Positions 37,974 to 47,462 of a DNA stretch of 64,000 nucleotides are shown one piece after another. Each line of letters starts with the position of its first letter. The stretch's first letter is position 1. A program made the translations under genes and the position numbers. The stretch is from Spirochaetia bacterium (GTDB lineage: Bacteria > Spirochaetota > Spirochaetia > DSM-2461), in assembly GCA_963668315.1 (NCBI GenBank), contig OY764216.1, positions 1,088,001 through 1,152,000 of the forward strand, written 5' to 3'. Under the pieces are notes generated by a model. The model was not told where the DNA came from. It was given only the letters and a program-made list of their open reading frames with translations, and did no database searches.

Positions 37974-38072
37974 ATTAAAACCGGGATATCATTTCATGTC
38001 AAGTTTCAGTTTTTTCTTTTTAGTCTTGACTAGATTGCACACAGTGTGTAATTTAGATGCACATAGTGTGCA
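37974..38072. promoter_or_regulatory. Divergent promoters plus two tandem palindromic TetR-type operators
   Basis: Minus TTGACA(38002-37997)-17-TTTAAT; plus TTGACT(38026)-17-TAATTT. Operators ATTGCACACAGTGTGTAAT (38034-38052) and TGCACATAGTGTGCA (38058-38072). Confidence 0.75.
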
Positions 38073-38110
38073 ACGAATGCAAAAGGTGAAAAAATCAAAG
38101 GAGGGTTGTA

Positions 38111-40891
38111 ATGCATAAACATCCCAAAATCGTTTTATCATTAGTTATCCTGCTGACCATTTTATTCGGAGTTGTGGCTCTATCCATTGTGATAGATAAC
38201 GACCTGATGATTTTTTTCCCCGAGGACAATCCTTCCTTTGTCAGGAAAGAGGCTCTTGAGGATAATTACGGCAGTCAGCTGATGATGGATATCTGTATCA
38301 CCACGGAAGAGGATTCCCTGATTAACTGGGAAGATCTGGATATGGTCGAAGCTCTTGTGGCGGACATCGAAGATCTGGAGTACGTGGAGGATGTACAGGC
38401 AATAACCAATACGGATTATCCTGTAGGAACCGATGAAGGCATGGCCGTGTCCAAGCTTATCCCCGAAGGGGAAGAGAGGACGGCTGAAAATCTGGTGGCC
38501 TTCAAGGAGCGTCTCCTGGACTGGACCGACGCTTACAGGAGAACTCTCTACTCGGATGACTTCAAATCGACGCAGATTCTCGTCAGTATTTCCAAGGACT
38601 GTCACTCCGAGCAGATCGGAGAGCTCCTGGACAATGTGAGGGAGCTTATCAAGCCTTACGACAAGTATCCCCTGACATTCCGCATCGCCGGTGACCCGGT
38701 TGTCACGCAGATCGGTAAACAGTATATGTACTCCGACCTGTATATTCTGATACCCTTTGTCGCCGTCGTTCTTTTCCTGTGCCTTTTCCTCTCATTCAAG
38801 AGGATTTCCTCGGCCCTTCTTCCCCTGCTGACCGTGTTGATAGCAACCGTCTGGACCGTGGGAACCATGGCCATTTTCGGAAGAACATTCACGATTATTT
38901 CATCCTGTCTGCCCGTTCTCATTATTGCGGTGGGAAGCGCCTACGGGATCCATGTTATCAACCATTATTATCATGTGAAAAGCGAGAACAAGGGACGCAG
39001 TATCAAGGAGAACCTGGCTGACGGTATGAAGGGTGTTTTTCTTCCCATTCTGCTCGCCGGCGTTACCACCCTCATCGGCTTCCTTTCCATCCTGACCAGT
39101 CCGATTGTTCCCATGAAAGACTTCGGTCTCTTTGCCGGTATAGGTACGGTCTATTCTCTCCTGCTCTCTTTCTTCTTCGTTCCTGTGCTCCTTGAATGGG
39201 CCGAGAACAGACGGGCAAAGAGAAAAGGTGCAGACGATTCCGACGACGTGGATGAGGGAGGCCAGGGTGCCGCTCTTATGAGAATCACCTCCTTCTCTGT
39301 GAAGTATAAAAAAACTACCGTCTTCACTATCCTGATTCTGGCCGCCCTCTCCTTCTGGGGACTGACACAGATCAATGTGGAGAGTTCACTTATCGGATAC
39401 TTCCCCTACAATGAGCCTATCCGCCAGGACAGCCGTTTTATCGATGACCACTTCGGCGGTACCAATATGTTCAACGTGGTATTTGCCGCGGAAGAGGGAA
39501 AGGACCTGACCGATCCGGCGGCCCTGAAAGCCATGGACGATATGAAGCAGTTCCTTCTGGACCGCTATCCCGAGACGGTGGGACAGATCATCTCCTACAG
39601 CGATTTCATCAAGCGGATGAATCAGATCATGAACTATCCCGCAGCGGTAGAAAGCAGTTCGGCTGCTGACGACTTCGGCGGAGATGACGCCGTGGCGGAC
39701 GACAGCTTTTTCGGCGGGGACAGTTTCTACGAAGATGATTCGGCAGGAACGGACAGTTTCTTTGACGATTCCACCTCCGGTATGGACAGTTTCTTCGGAG
39801 ACGATAGCGCCGGTACGGACAGCTTTTTCGACGATTCCGCCTCCAGCGAGGGAACGGATAGTTTCTTCGGAGACGATATGGCCGCTGCCGAACCTGCCGC
39901 CGCCGGCGGTGATGTTACGGCTGAGTTCGTTCCCCTTTCCCGGGAAATGAACATTCAGGAACTCATCATGCTGATCAACGACAGTGTAACCGCCGGAGAC
40001 AATGCCGAGCTTTCCCTGTCCGAACTCACCGAGAAGCTGAAGGAGCTGACCAACTACAACGGAGCCGCCTACTATGAGATCCCCTGGGATCTGGAGAAAT
40101 ATCCCGTGGCGGAGAGGGACGAGCTGAAAAACCTGATCGCCCAGTATCTGCTGCTCTACTCCGGCTCTCTGGATAAGTATGCCAACGATTCTCTCAAGCC
40201 CACCGAGGCGAGAATGATGATTCAGCTTAAAACCCACGGTTCGGCCGAGACGGATATGATTATCAAAGAGATTGAGGCATTTGCCGACAGGAATCTGCCC
40301 GAGGGGTATTCCATAAGCTGCGCCGGTATTGCCGAGCTGGAGCTGGCTCTGACCAACCTTATTCTCTCTTCGCAGATGTCCAGCATTCTGTTTGCCCTGC
40401 TGGCCGTCTTCCTCATCATTGCCTTTACCTATAAATCACCCCTGGCCGGTGTTATCGGTATCGTGCCTCTGACCCTGTCCATACTGATGAACTTCGGTCT
40501 GATGAGTCTTCTGGGAATCAACCTGGATATGGTAACCGCCATCATCGCCTCCATCGCTATCGGAATCGGTGTGGACTATACGGTTCACTTCCTTTCCCGC
40601 TACAAGATAGAGAGAGCCCTGTCCGATGATCTCGTTCAGGTAACGAGAAACACGGTCCTTTCCACGGGACGGGGCATTATCATCAACGCCCTCTCCGTAG
40701 GTCTGGGGTTTGCGGTTCTCTGCTTCTCCCGGTTCCTGGTTCTCAGGTACATAGGTATTCTCGTGGCCATCATCATGGCTACGTCCAGTATGGGAGCGCT
40801 GATTATTCTGCCCCTCATCCTTAATAAACTGGATCCCCGTTTCATGAGAAGAAAAGACGGGGACGTATCGACTAGTAAGAAATCCGCCTGA
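38111..40891 (+). CDS. MMPL/RND-superfamily transporter with an acidic low-complexity insert
   Basis: Two MMPL halves (AVGSAYGIH; GIGVDYTVHF), about 12 TM, periplasmic domains. Confidence 0.88.
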   Translation: MHKHPKIVLSLVILLTILFGVVALSIVIDNDLMIFFPEDNPSFVRKEALEDNYGSQLMMDICITTEEDSLINWEDLDMVEALVADIEDLEYVEDVQAITNTDYPVGTDEGMAVSKLIPEGEERTAENLVAFKERLLDWTDAYRRTLYSDDFKSTQILVSISKDCHSEQIGELLDNVRELIKPYDKYPLTFRIAGDPVVTQIGKQYMYSDLYILIPFVAVVLFLCLFLSFKRISSALLPLLTVLIATVWTVGTMAIFGRTFTIISSCLPVLIIAVGSAYGIHVINHYYHVKSENKGRSIKENLADGMKGVFLPILLAGVTTLIGFLSILTSPIVPMKDFGLFAGIGTVYSLLLSFFFVPVLLEWAENRRAKRKGADDSDDVDEGGQGAALMRITSFSVKYKKTTVFTILILAALSFWGLTQINVESSLIGYFPYNEPIRQDSRFIDDHFGGTNMFNVVFAAEEGKDLTDPAALKAMDDMKQFLLDRYPETVGQIISYSDFIKRMNQIMNYPAAVESSSAADDFGGDDAVADDSFFGGDSFYEDDSAGTDSFFDDSTSGMDSFFGDDSAGTDSFFDDSASSEGTDSFFGDDMAAAEPAAAGGDVTAEFVPLSREMNIQELIMLINDSVTAGDNAELSLSELTEKLKELTNYNGAAYYEIPWDLEKYPVAERDELKNLIAQYLLLYSGSLDKYANDSLKPTEARMMIQLKTHGSAETDMIIKEIEAFADRNLPEGYSISCAGIAELELALTNLILSSQMSSILFALLAVFLIIAFTYKSPLAGVIGIVPLTLSILMNFGLMSLLGINLDMVTAIIASIAIGIGVDYTVHFLSRYKIERALSDDLVQVTRNTVLSTGRGIIINALSVGLGFAVLCFSRFLVLRYIGILVAIIMATSSMGALIILPLILNKLDPRFMRRKDGDVSTSKKSA
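39668..39880 (+). repeat. Coding imperfect tandem repeat (about 21-36 bp units) encoding six DSF(F/Y) motifs in an Asp/Gly/Ser tract
   Basis: gacagtttc(t/tt)/gacagctttttc recurs; protein DDSFFGGDSFYEDDSAGTDSFFDDSTSGMDSFFGDDSAGTDSFFDDSASSEGTDSFFGDD. Confidence 0.9.
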
Positions 40892-40936
40892 TAGAGCGGC
40901 ATCATGCCGGCCTGGTGCCGGCGAAGGAGTTAAATC

Positions 40937-41707
40937 ATGAAATTACTGAAAAAAGGAGCTCTTATCGGGAGCTTGGTTATGCTGAATGCCGGACTTTTTG
41001 CCATCACCGGTACGGAAATTGCCCAGAACGCCCACGATGTCAAGGACCCCGCCACGACCCACGCGGCCGTGAAGATGGATCTGGTAAGCGCCAACGGCGA
41101 CGTTGACTCCCGCATGGTAGAAGAGTGGAGCACCGAAGACGGAGACCTGGAATCCACCGTTATGGTTTTCCGCAGCCCCGCTTCCGTGGCCAACACCCGG
41201 TTTCTCCAGAAGGAGAACGACGGCCGCGATGACGACAGATGGATCTACCTGCCCGCACTGAAAAGAGTTCGCCGTATCGCCGCTTCCGACGGGGGAAAAT
41301 CCTTCATGGGAACCGACATGACCTATGACGACATGGGGTCCCGTTCTGTTGATCAGGACACCCATGAGCTTATCGGCGAAGAGACATACGAATCCTGGGA
41401 CTGCTACAAAGTAAAGGGGCAGGCCAAGGATCCGGAAGATTCCCAGTACGCTTACAGAATCACCTGGTTTGACAAGGCTACCTGGTACCCCGTGAAAATC
41501 GAGATGTATGACAAATCCGAACAGCTTGAAAAGGTCATGGTTGTGGAGAGACTTGAGAATATCGACGGTTATGACACTCCTATGGCAGTGAAAATGACCA
41601 ATGTTCAGACCGGACACTATACCGAAGTGACCATGATGAAGATCGTTTTCGACGAACCCATCAGCGACAGACTTTTCACCACCAACTATCTGGAACAGGG
41701 CCGCTAA
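40937..41707 (+). CDS. LolA-like 'outer membrane lipoprotein-sorting' periplasmic protein
   Basis: Signal peptide; F.SPASV..TRFL, WIYLPALKRVRRIA, SFMGTD.TYDD. Confidence 0.85.
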   Translation: MKLLKKGALIGSLVMLNAGLFAITGTEIAQNAHDVKDPATTHAAVKMDLVSANGDVDSRMVEEWSTEDGDLESTVMVFRSPASVANTRFLQKENDGRDDDRWIYLPALKRVRRIAASDGGKSFMGTDMTYDDMGSRSVDQDTHELIGEETYESWDCYKVKGQAKDPEDSQYAYRITWFDKATWYPVKIEMYDKSEQLEKVMVVERLENIDGYDTPMAVKMTNVQTGHYTEVTMMKIVFDEPISDRLFTTNYLEQGR

Positions 41708-41763
41708 ACTTATCCGGGCCCGACCTGAAAAGGGGAGGGCCTTCTATAACAAGGAGAAAAAAC

Positions 41764-43236
41764 ATGAAAAATATTGCTATCTGCGTGTTAACCCTCATGA
41801 TGATAATAGCTCCCCTCGCCGCCGATGATTTTGACTTCGGCGACCTGATGGGCGGTGATGATACCAGCATGGGATTCGAAAGCGCTCCCGCCATTGAAGT
41901 GGCCGGAAGCCTGGCCGTTCCTTTCAGGGCTGGCTGGGGAGACTGGGCCGATTCTGACAGCTGGGACAGCGATTCCTTCGGTGAGGGAAGCTGCTCGGTC
42001 AATCCGGACATGACTCTGGACCTCTCCTTCTCTTCGGACAAGGCGGAGTTCAAGGCCGATCTTAATATAAATGAAGCTGACCTGGAGGACAATCTCTTCG
42101 ACGAGCTGTCCCTGACTTACTACGGCGACAGAATGACCGCTATTTTCGGTTGGCAGAAAGTGGTCTGGGGCAAGGGCGACAAAGTACACGTACTGGACCT
42201 TCTTAATCCCATGGACTACTCCGATTTCCTGAATCCCGAGTACCTGGACCGCAAGATCGCCCAGCCCATGATCAATGTGGCAATTCCCAACAACATGAAC
42301 GGCAAACTGGAACTGGTCTTCGTTCCCTTCTTCGAGGCCGATCAGCTGGCTTCCGACGGAGAATGGATGATGAATGAGACAAAGACTCTGGTCGATACCG
42401 TCACCGGTTTCGTAGAAAATGCCGCCGTTTCGAGTTATGCATCCGATTATAGCAGCTACTACACCTATTTTTCCGGTTTGGGATATACTGCCGCTCAGGC
42501 TGATGCCGCTGCTAACGGTGCCGCCTCCGCTGCCCAGACCATGTTCCTTTCGGAAAACAGCAGCATCGATGCCTTCCTCCCTGACACGAACTCCCTGAAG
42601 TACTTTCAGGCCGGTACCCGTTACACCGCCACGGTGGGACAGGTCGATCTGGGCGCCGTTTACTATATCGGCCGTTACAGAACCCCGAGTGTCAGCGGCA
42701 CCGACTTCGCCAGCCTGAATATCGACTACGATCCCATGCAGGTCTTCGGACTCGAAGCGGGCGGAATCCTCGCCGGTTTCAACCTGCGCAGTGAGGCGGC
42801 CTATTACATGACACAGGACCTCGCCGGAGACGATCCGGATGTGCATAACAACAGCCTGAACTATGTTGCCGGTTTCGACCGGGACATACCGGTCCATAAC
42901 CTGAATGTGAACTTTCAGGCCACCGGAAGCTATATGCTGAATCATGATGACACTCAGGTCGCCGGAGATGTCGAGAACGGCAGCGACGCCACCGAGACAA
43001 CCCTGGTTCTGAATGTCTCCGATTCCTTCAACCACGAAAAGGTGAAACCGGAAGTCACCGTTACCTATCGTGCCGAGGATTTTTCCGGCATGGTAAAACC
43101 CGCCGTAGAGTGGGATGTGGATGGAAACCTTTTCCTTGAACTTAGCGGAACCGTTTTATGGGGCGATGAGGATACTTTCTTCGGTCAGTTTGACGAGAAC
43201 GATTTTATCTCTCTGGAAGCTTCCTACCAGTTCTAA
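41764..43236 (+). CDS. Putative outer-membrane beta-barrel (DUF1302-like)
   Basis: Signal peptide; GWQKVVWGKGD..LD.LNP.D, amphipathic strands, FGQFD.ND and terminal ...ASYQF. Confidence 0.7.
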   Translation: MKNIAICVLTLMMIIAPLAADDFDFGDLMGGDDTSMGFESAPAIEVAGSLAVPFRAGWGDWADSDSWDSDSFGEGSCSVNPDMTLDLSFSSDKAEFKADLNINEADLEDNLFDELSLTYYGDRMTAIFGWQKVVWGKGDKVHVLDLLNPMDYSDFLNPEYLDRKIAQPMINVAIPNNMNGKLELVFVPFFEADQLASDGEWMMNETKTLVDTVTGFVENAAVSSYASDYSSYYTYFSGLGYTAAQADAAANGAASAAQTMFLSENSSIDAFLPDTNSLKYFQAGTRYTATVGQVDLGAVYYIGRYRTPSVSGTDFASLNIDYDPMQVFGLEAGGILAGFNLRSEAAYYMTQDLAGDDPDVHNNSLNYVAGFDRDIPVHNLNVNFQATGSYMLNHDDTQVAGDVENGSDATETTLVLNVSDSFNHEKVKPEVTVTYRAEDFSGMVKPAVEWDVDGNLFLELSGTVLWGDEDTFFGQFDENDFISLEASYQF

Positions 43237-43258
43237 TCATAAGTATTTTAGTTTTTGC

Positions 43259-43289
43259 AGGGCTGCCCTCACCGGACAGCCCTTTTTTT
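43259..43289 (+). terminator. Rho-independent terminator of the MMPL operon
   Basis: AGGGCTG...CAGCCCT followed by a T-run. Confidence 0.8.
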
Positions 43290-45150
43290 ATGCCCGGGAG
43301 ATCCTGTAGCGGCTGAGAACCGTTACTACATCCTTGAGGGAGGTGTCGGTTCGTTTATTCTGCTCAAGAAGCCGCTCCGATTCCTTTGCTATGGATTCGG
43401 AATGACCGGATATATCCTTGATGGCCTCGGTGACATTCTGATTGATATCACGAATCACCGTGACGGCATCCAGAATCTCCTTGTTGCCTATCTGCATCTC
43501 ATTCGACCCCTGAATGACCCCTTCCGATACTTTTTCCAGGTCGTTTATGGCTTTCTCAAGTCCCTTGGAAAAGGCGATGACATTTTCCGAGAAACCGAAC
43601 ATTCTATCAAGGGATGACTGAACATCGGTCACATTCCCATCCATCTGGGAAAAGGAATCCTGCATATCCTTGAACCCTCCCCCTATCTTATTGATACGGG
43701 AAAGAACCTGTTTCAGATTGTTGCCGATGCTCTTGGACTGCAGGGATGCGGTCTCCGCCAGTTTTCTGATCTCTTCGGCTACCACGGCAAATCCCCGTCC
43801 CGAATCTCCGGCGTGGGCCGCCTCGATAGCGGCGTTCATGGCAAGGAGATTGGTTTGTGCGGCCACGGAGGCAATGAGGGTGTTGGCTTCCAGCAGGTGT
43901 TGTGAATCCTGGGTGATCTGTGTGATTTCTTCCTCCATGGTCTGAAGCTGCTCCCGGCTCTCCGCCGTAGAAGACGCCAGGGCGGTACTGTTTTCCCGGC
44001 CCCTTCCGGATATTTCCATGAGCCGCCCATTGGACTCTGTCAATTCGGCAAGAGATTCGGATGAAACCTGGAGTATCTCCTTCTGTTTTTCTATGGAATC
44101 GCCCAGGGATTCGATGTTCCGGGCCAGCTGTTCAACGGCGGCGGTCGTTTCTACGACACTGGTGCTGTGTTCTTCCATTTGTTCCGAAGTGTGGTTGAGA
44201 TGCTCCCTTATGACGGTAAGAGCCGAAGCCATCTCTTCCACCCGGTGGCCCAGCTCACTCTTATCCTTCTCCAGATCCTCGACATTGTTCAGGATCAGGC
44301 TGAATCCGCCGTTAAGACTGACAAAGAGATTGTTGGCCATCTGACTCAGCAGACCGATTTCATCGGTGGAATTGACAGGTATGGAGACAGTCAGATCCCC
44401 CGATGAGCCGGTTTGAAAATTGGTCAGCATGTCCTGTACGGGAGTGATCATGTTTTTCATAATGAGGGTAAGCATCATGAGCATGAATATCAGGGCCGAT
44501 AACCCCGCTATCAGGAACAACTGGATTCTGGGGAGGGGAAGAGTTCTGCCCAATTCCACGGCGATGGAGGAGATCATCTCAATATGAAGGAACATGATTA
44601 TCGTTCCGACAAAGGAGCAGAGGATTCCCAGGGACAGCTTGAAACGGAGAGAAAATATCGTTTCCAGTTCCTTGCTGTTTTCCCGGACGACCTTATCGTA
44701 GCGGGTATTGACTACCGCCATTAAAGGAATAAATATCATAAGGAAGAAAGGAACAATCCAAAGGATGGTAAACAAGACCCTTCGGGGGAAAGCTATTTTA
44801 ACCAGAAGTCCCAGATTGACCGCCCCTCCGAGGCATACAACAAGAAAGAGGATAGACAGATTGAGCATCAGGCTAATCCCGAACTGGCGCTGACTCTTCC
44901 AGTCAAGGGCTTCTCGTTCCTTCTTCCCGTATCGGGAGAGGGGAAGAAGGGCCAGGGCGGCCCCGGCTGCCAGAGTAACAAGGGCGCTGACCTTGATCAG
45001 AGGGTGAAGGGCTATCTGGATAAGCTCATCGGTTGTGATAAAGCCGCTGAGAAAGGAAAAAAGCGTCAGAAAAACGGGCGCCGTAAGGGGAAAGGAAATA
45101 AAAAGGGTCAGAACAGCCCTTCTCAGTCTTTTAAAATTATCTTTGTTCAT
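43288..45150 (-). CDS. Methyl-accepting chemotaxis protein with multi-TM sensor
   Basis: About 6 TM, HAMP (GDLT...DEIG), [33 protein letters not shown]. Confidence 0.92.
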   Translation of the reverse strand: MNKDNFKRLRRAVLTLFISFPLTAPVFLTLFSFLSGFITTDELIQIALHPLIKVSALVTLAAGAALALLPLSRYGKKEREALDWKSQRQFGISLMLNLSILFLVVCLGGAVNLGLLVKIAFPRRVLFTILWIVPFFLMIFIPLMAVVNTRYDKVVRENSKELETIFSLRFKLSLGILCSFVGTIIMFLHIEMISSIAVELGRTLPLPRIQLFLIAGLSALIFMLMMLTLIMKNMITPVQDMLTNFQTGSSGDLTVSIPVNSTDEIGLLSQMANNLFVSLNGGFSLILNNVEDLEKDKSELGHRVEEMASALTVIREHLNHTSEQMEEHSTSVVETTAAVEQLARNIESLGDSIEKQKEILQVSSESLAELTESNGRLMEISGRGRENSTALASSTAESREQLQTMEEEITQITQDSQHLLEANTLIASVAAQTNLLAMNAAIEAAHAGDSGRGFAVVAEEIRKLAETASLQSKSIGNNLKQVLSRINKIGGGFKDMQDSFSQMDGNVTDVQSSLDRMFGFSENVIAFSKGLEKAINDLEKVSEGVIQGSNEMQIGNKEILDAVTVIRDINQNVTEAIKDISGHSESIAKESERLLEQNKRTDTSLKDVVTVLSRYRISRA

Positions 45151-45222
45151 GATGTCCTGCCTCGGGATTTTATGTCTACATTATTACATTGTAGTCATTA
45201 CCCGGGACAAGTCAAACTTTTT

Positions 45223-46905
45223 TTATCCGAGAGAATCGGCTTTTCTCTGCCGCTCCCAGACCATCAGGGACAATTTCTTTCGGGCCGTTCTTTCTTCCAG
45301 AATCCCCATGCAGTTTCCGTCCTTATCCGTCAGGGAGAGGAAATCGCGGTTGTTCTTTTTCATCAGGGCAAAGGCCTCCTGGGCACCAGCCTCGGCAGGA
45401 CATGTTCCCAGGAGGGGCAGCATGATGTCATGGGCCAGGAGGAAAGGAGAAAGTTCAGAGGCGATGAAAGTATCTTTGAGAGTATCGATCGTGATAATGC
45501 CTATGACCTTCTTTTCCCTGTTGATAACCGGATAGACCAGGTCGTCCCTTTCGGAAAAAATCTGAAGGATCTGCTCGATGGTCTTGTTCTCTTCGATCAT
45601 CATGGTATTGGTCATCAGGTCGGACGCCAGGCTCCTGGCAATCAGATCCTCTTCGGTGATATTGAGTCCCGTCTCCCCCGCCCGGTCCACGGCGAATTTG
45701 ACGCTGGGGGGACCGAGCAGCTGAACGACGAAGGTCGTCGTCGTCACGACCATGACGATGATTCCCCCCAGGGGATCGGGAAAGGTCTGCCCGGCGATCA
45801 CGGAGAGCCCCACGGCCACACCGGCCTGGCTGAGAAGACAGAAGGGGAGATATTTCTTCACCGTGGCCGGAGCCTTGGATATTATCGCTCCCAGGGTGGA
45901 ACCGAGAAACTTGCCTCCCGTCCGTCCGATAAGGAACAGGGCGGCCAGCAGAGCCACCAGTCCGTTTATGGAACTAAGGTCCATTTTGCCTCCCACCATG
46001 ACGAAAAACAGGACATAAATGGGGGGGGTGAATTTTTCCACGAGGGCAAAGAGGTTTTTACTCTTTTTGGGAGAGAAATTCACCATGAAGAAGCCCATGG
46101 ACATGGCGCACAGTATCGTATCCAGATCAAGGATCTGGGTGAGGCCGATTATCAGCAGAATGATTCCCAGAGAGAATACAAGAATCTTGTCATCATCGAT
46201 ATAACCGCGGATCAGTTTGGAGAGTCCCCAACCCATAAGCGAGCCGACGATAATGGAGCCCCCTATCTCCCAGGCAAGCATCAGAAGGCCCATTCCCAGG
46301 CCGCCCGTCGCTGTCCCGAGAAGAGCTCCCGCCACGCTGGTTGCCACGGCGAATAAAAGGAGGGCCACGCCGTCATCCATCGCTACCAGTCCCAGGACTG
46401 TTGTTGTGAGCGGCCCGCGGGTTTTGTTCTCCCACAAGACGTCGGTTGTCGCCGCCGGTGCGGTGGCCGAGGAGATTGAGCCCAGGAGCAGTCCCAGAGC
46501 CAGGGCTTGTTTGAAATCGTGAAAAATGAAAAAACTGCCCAGGGTCACCAGGACGGATACAACGAAGAATGCCAGAAGCGCTTCCAGGAGCAGAATCCAG
46601 GTGAACTGGCTGCCGTATTTCCTGAGGGTTTTGATCTTCAGTTCCCCGCCGATCATAAACCCGATCAGCGCCAGGGCGAAAGAGCTGAAACCCTGCAGAT
46701 TGACAATTGACTGCCGGGAAATCAGTTTAAGACCAGACTGCCCCAGGATGATGCCTATGGCTATATAGCCGACAACCTGGGGAATCTTGATTTTCTGGAA
46801 GAGTCTTCCGCCGGCGGAACCGAGAAAAAGAACCAGACCAAGGAGAAGAATGACGTTGAAATGTCCGGGAGTTACCGATTCGATAATCCGGGAAAATTCA
46901 TTCAT
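45223..46905 (-). CDS. Cation:proton antiporter with C-terminal CBS domain pair
   Basis: IPQVVGY, SATAPAAT, AMDD, LSQAGVAVGL; C-terminal CBS-like YPVIN...IGIIT. Confidence 0.85.
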   Translation of the reverse strand: MNEFSRIIESVTPGHFNVILLLGLVLFLGSAGGRLFQKIKIPQVVGYIAIGIILGQSGLKLISRQSIVNLQGFSSFALALIGFMIGGELKIKTLRKYGSQFTWILLLEALLAFFVVSVLVTLGSFFIFHDFKQALALGLLLGSISSATAPAATTDVLWENKTRGPLTTTVLGLVAMDDGVALLLFAVATSVAGALLGTATGGLGMGLLMLAWEIGGSIIVGSLMGWGLSKLIRGYIDDDKILVFSLGIILLIIGLTQILDLDTILCAMSMGFFMVNFSPKKSKNLFALVEKFTPPIYVLFFVMVGGKMDLSSINGLVALLAALFLIGRTGGKFLGSTLGAIISKAPATVKKYLPFCLLSQAGVAVGLSVIAGQTFPDPLGGIIVMVVTTTTFVVQLLGPPSVKFAVDRAGETGLNITEEDLIARSLASDLMTNTMMIEENKTIEQILQIFSERDDLVYPVINREKKVIGIITIDTLKDTFIASELSPFLLAHDIMLPLLGTCPAEAGAQEAFALMKKNNRDFLSLTDKDGNCMGILEERTARKKLSLMVWERQRKADSLG

Positions 46906-47356
46906 TGGGTACGCTCGTGATCAGTTCGTATATCTCTTTGTGCGTGGCGGCTTTCATGAGAGCGTTCCTCTTGTCATCATCTTTGAGGCGCTCCATTATC
47001 TGCGAGAGGAGACGTATATGCTGTTTATGCTGGTTCTCTCCCACCAGGATCATGACAATCAGCTTCACCGGTTCGTTATCGATGCTGCCGTAATCTTCTA
47101 TACCCGGGGGAGAGATGCCCAGGGCGGCGATGGGTTCGGAAATTCCCTTGAAACGGACATGGGGGACACCTATTCCCATTCCTATACCCGTGCTCATAAG
47201 CTGTTCTCTGTAAAAGATTTCTCTTTGCAGATCTTCTCCGCTGGCAATCTTCCCTGTGGAAGAAAGACTTTCAATCATCTCCATCAGAGCTTCGGTTTTT
47301 GTTGATTCCTGCAGGATGAGGCAGTTTTCCTCGTGAAATATATTTTTTAGATCCAT
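46898..47356 (-). CDS. PTS EIIA (fructose/mannitol/Ntr family) protein
   Basis: RE.LMSTGIG.GIGVPH (phospho-His), PV.LI.MI, H..LLS; overlaps the antiporter start by 8 nt. Confidence 0.88.
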   Translation of the reverse strand: MDLKNIFHEENCLILQESTKTEALMEMIESLSSTGKIASGEDLQREIFYREQLMSTGIGMGIGVPHVRFKGISEPIAALGISPPGIEDYGSIDNEPVKLIVMILVGENQHKQHIRLLSQIMERLKDDDKRNALMKAATHKEIYELITSVPNE

Positions 47357-47390
47357 TGTACACCTCTCAGAATATTGGCATCACCATATT

Positions 47391-47420
47391 ATGTCTATTA
47401 ATGTCCATCTATGTCTATGG
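47391..47420. repeat. Three phased 10-bp direct repeats upstream of the EIIA gene
   Basis: ATGTCTATTA ATGTCCATCT ATGTCTATGG. Confidence 0.7.
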
Positions 47421-47462
47421 GCGTTAAGAGCTTCTCGGGAAAAAAAAGAAACCCCGGCGCCG

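Noticed and set aside
39668..39880. Roughly 30-bp repeats considered as a CRISPR array
   Set aside because: The units are degenerate, in frame inside a CDS, have no unique spacers, and no cas genes are present.
45004..46356. 450-aa plus-strand ORF (and similar ones at 20256-21542, 41788-43035, 9427-10530, 51876-52928)
   Set aside because: All lie opposite genes with clear family motifs and translate to uninformative sequence.
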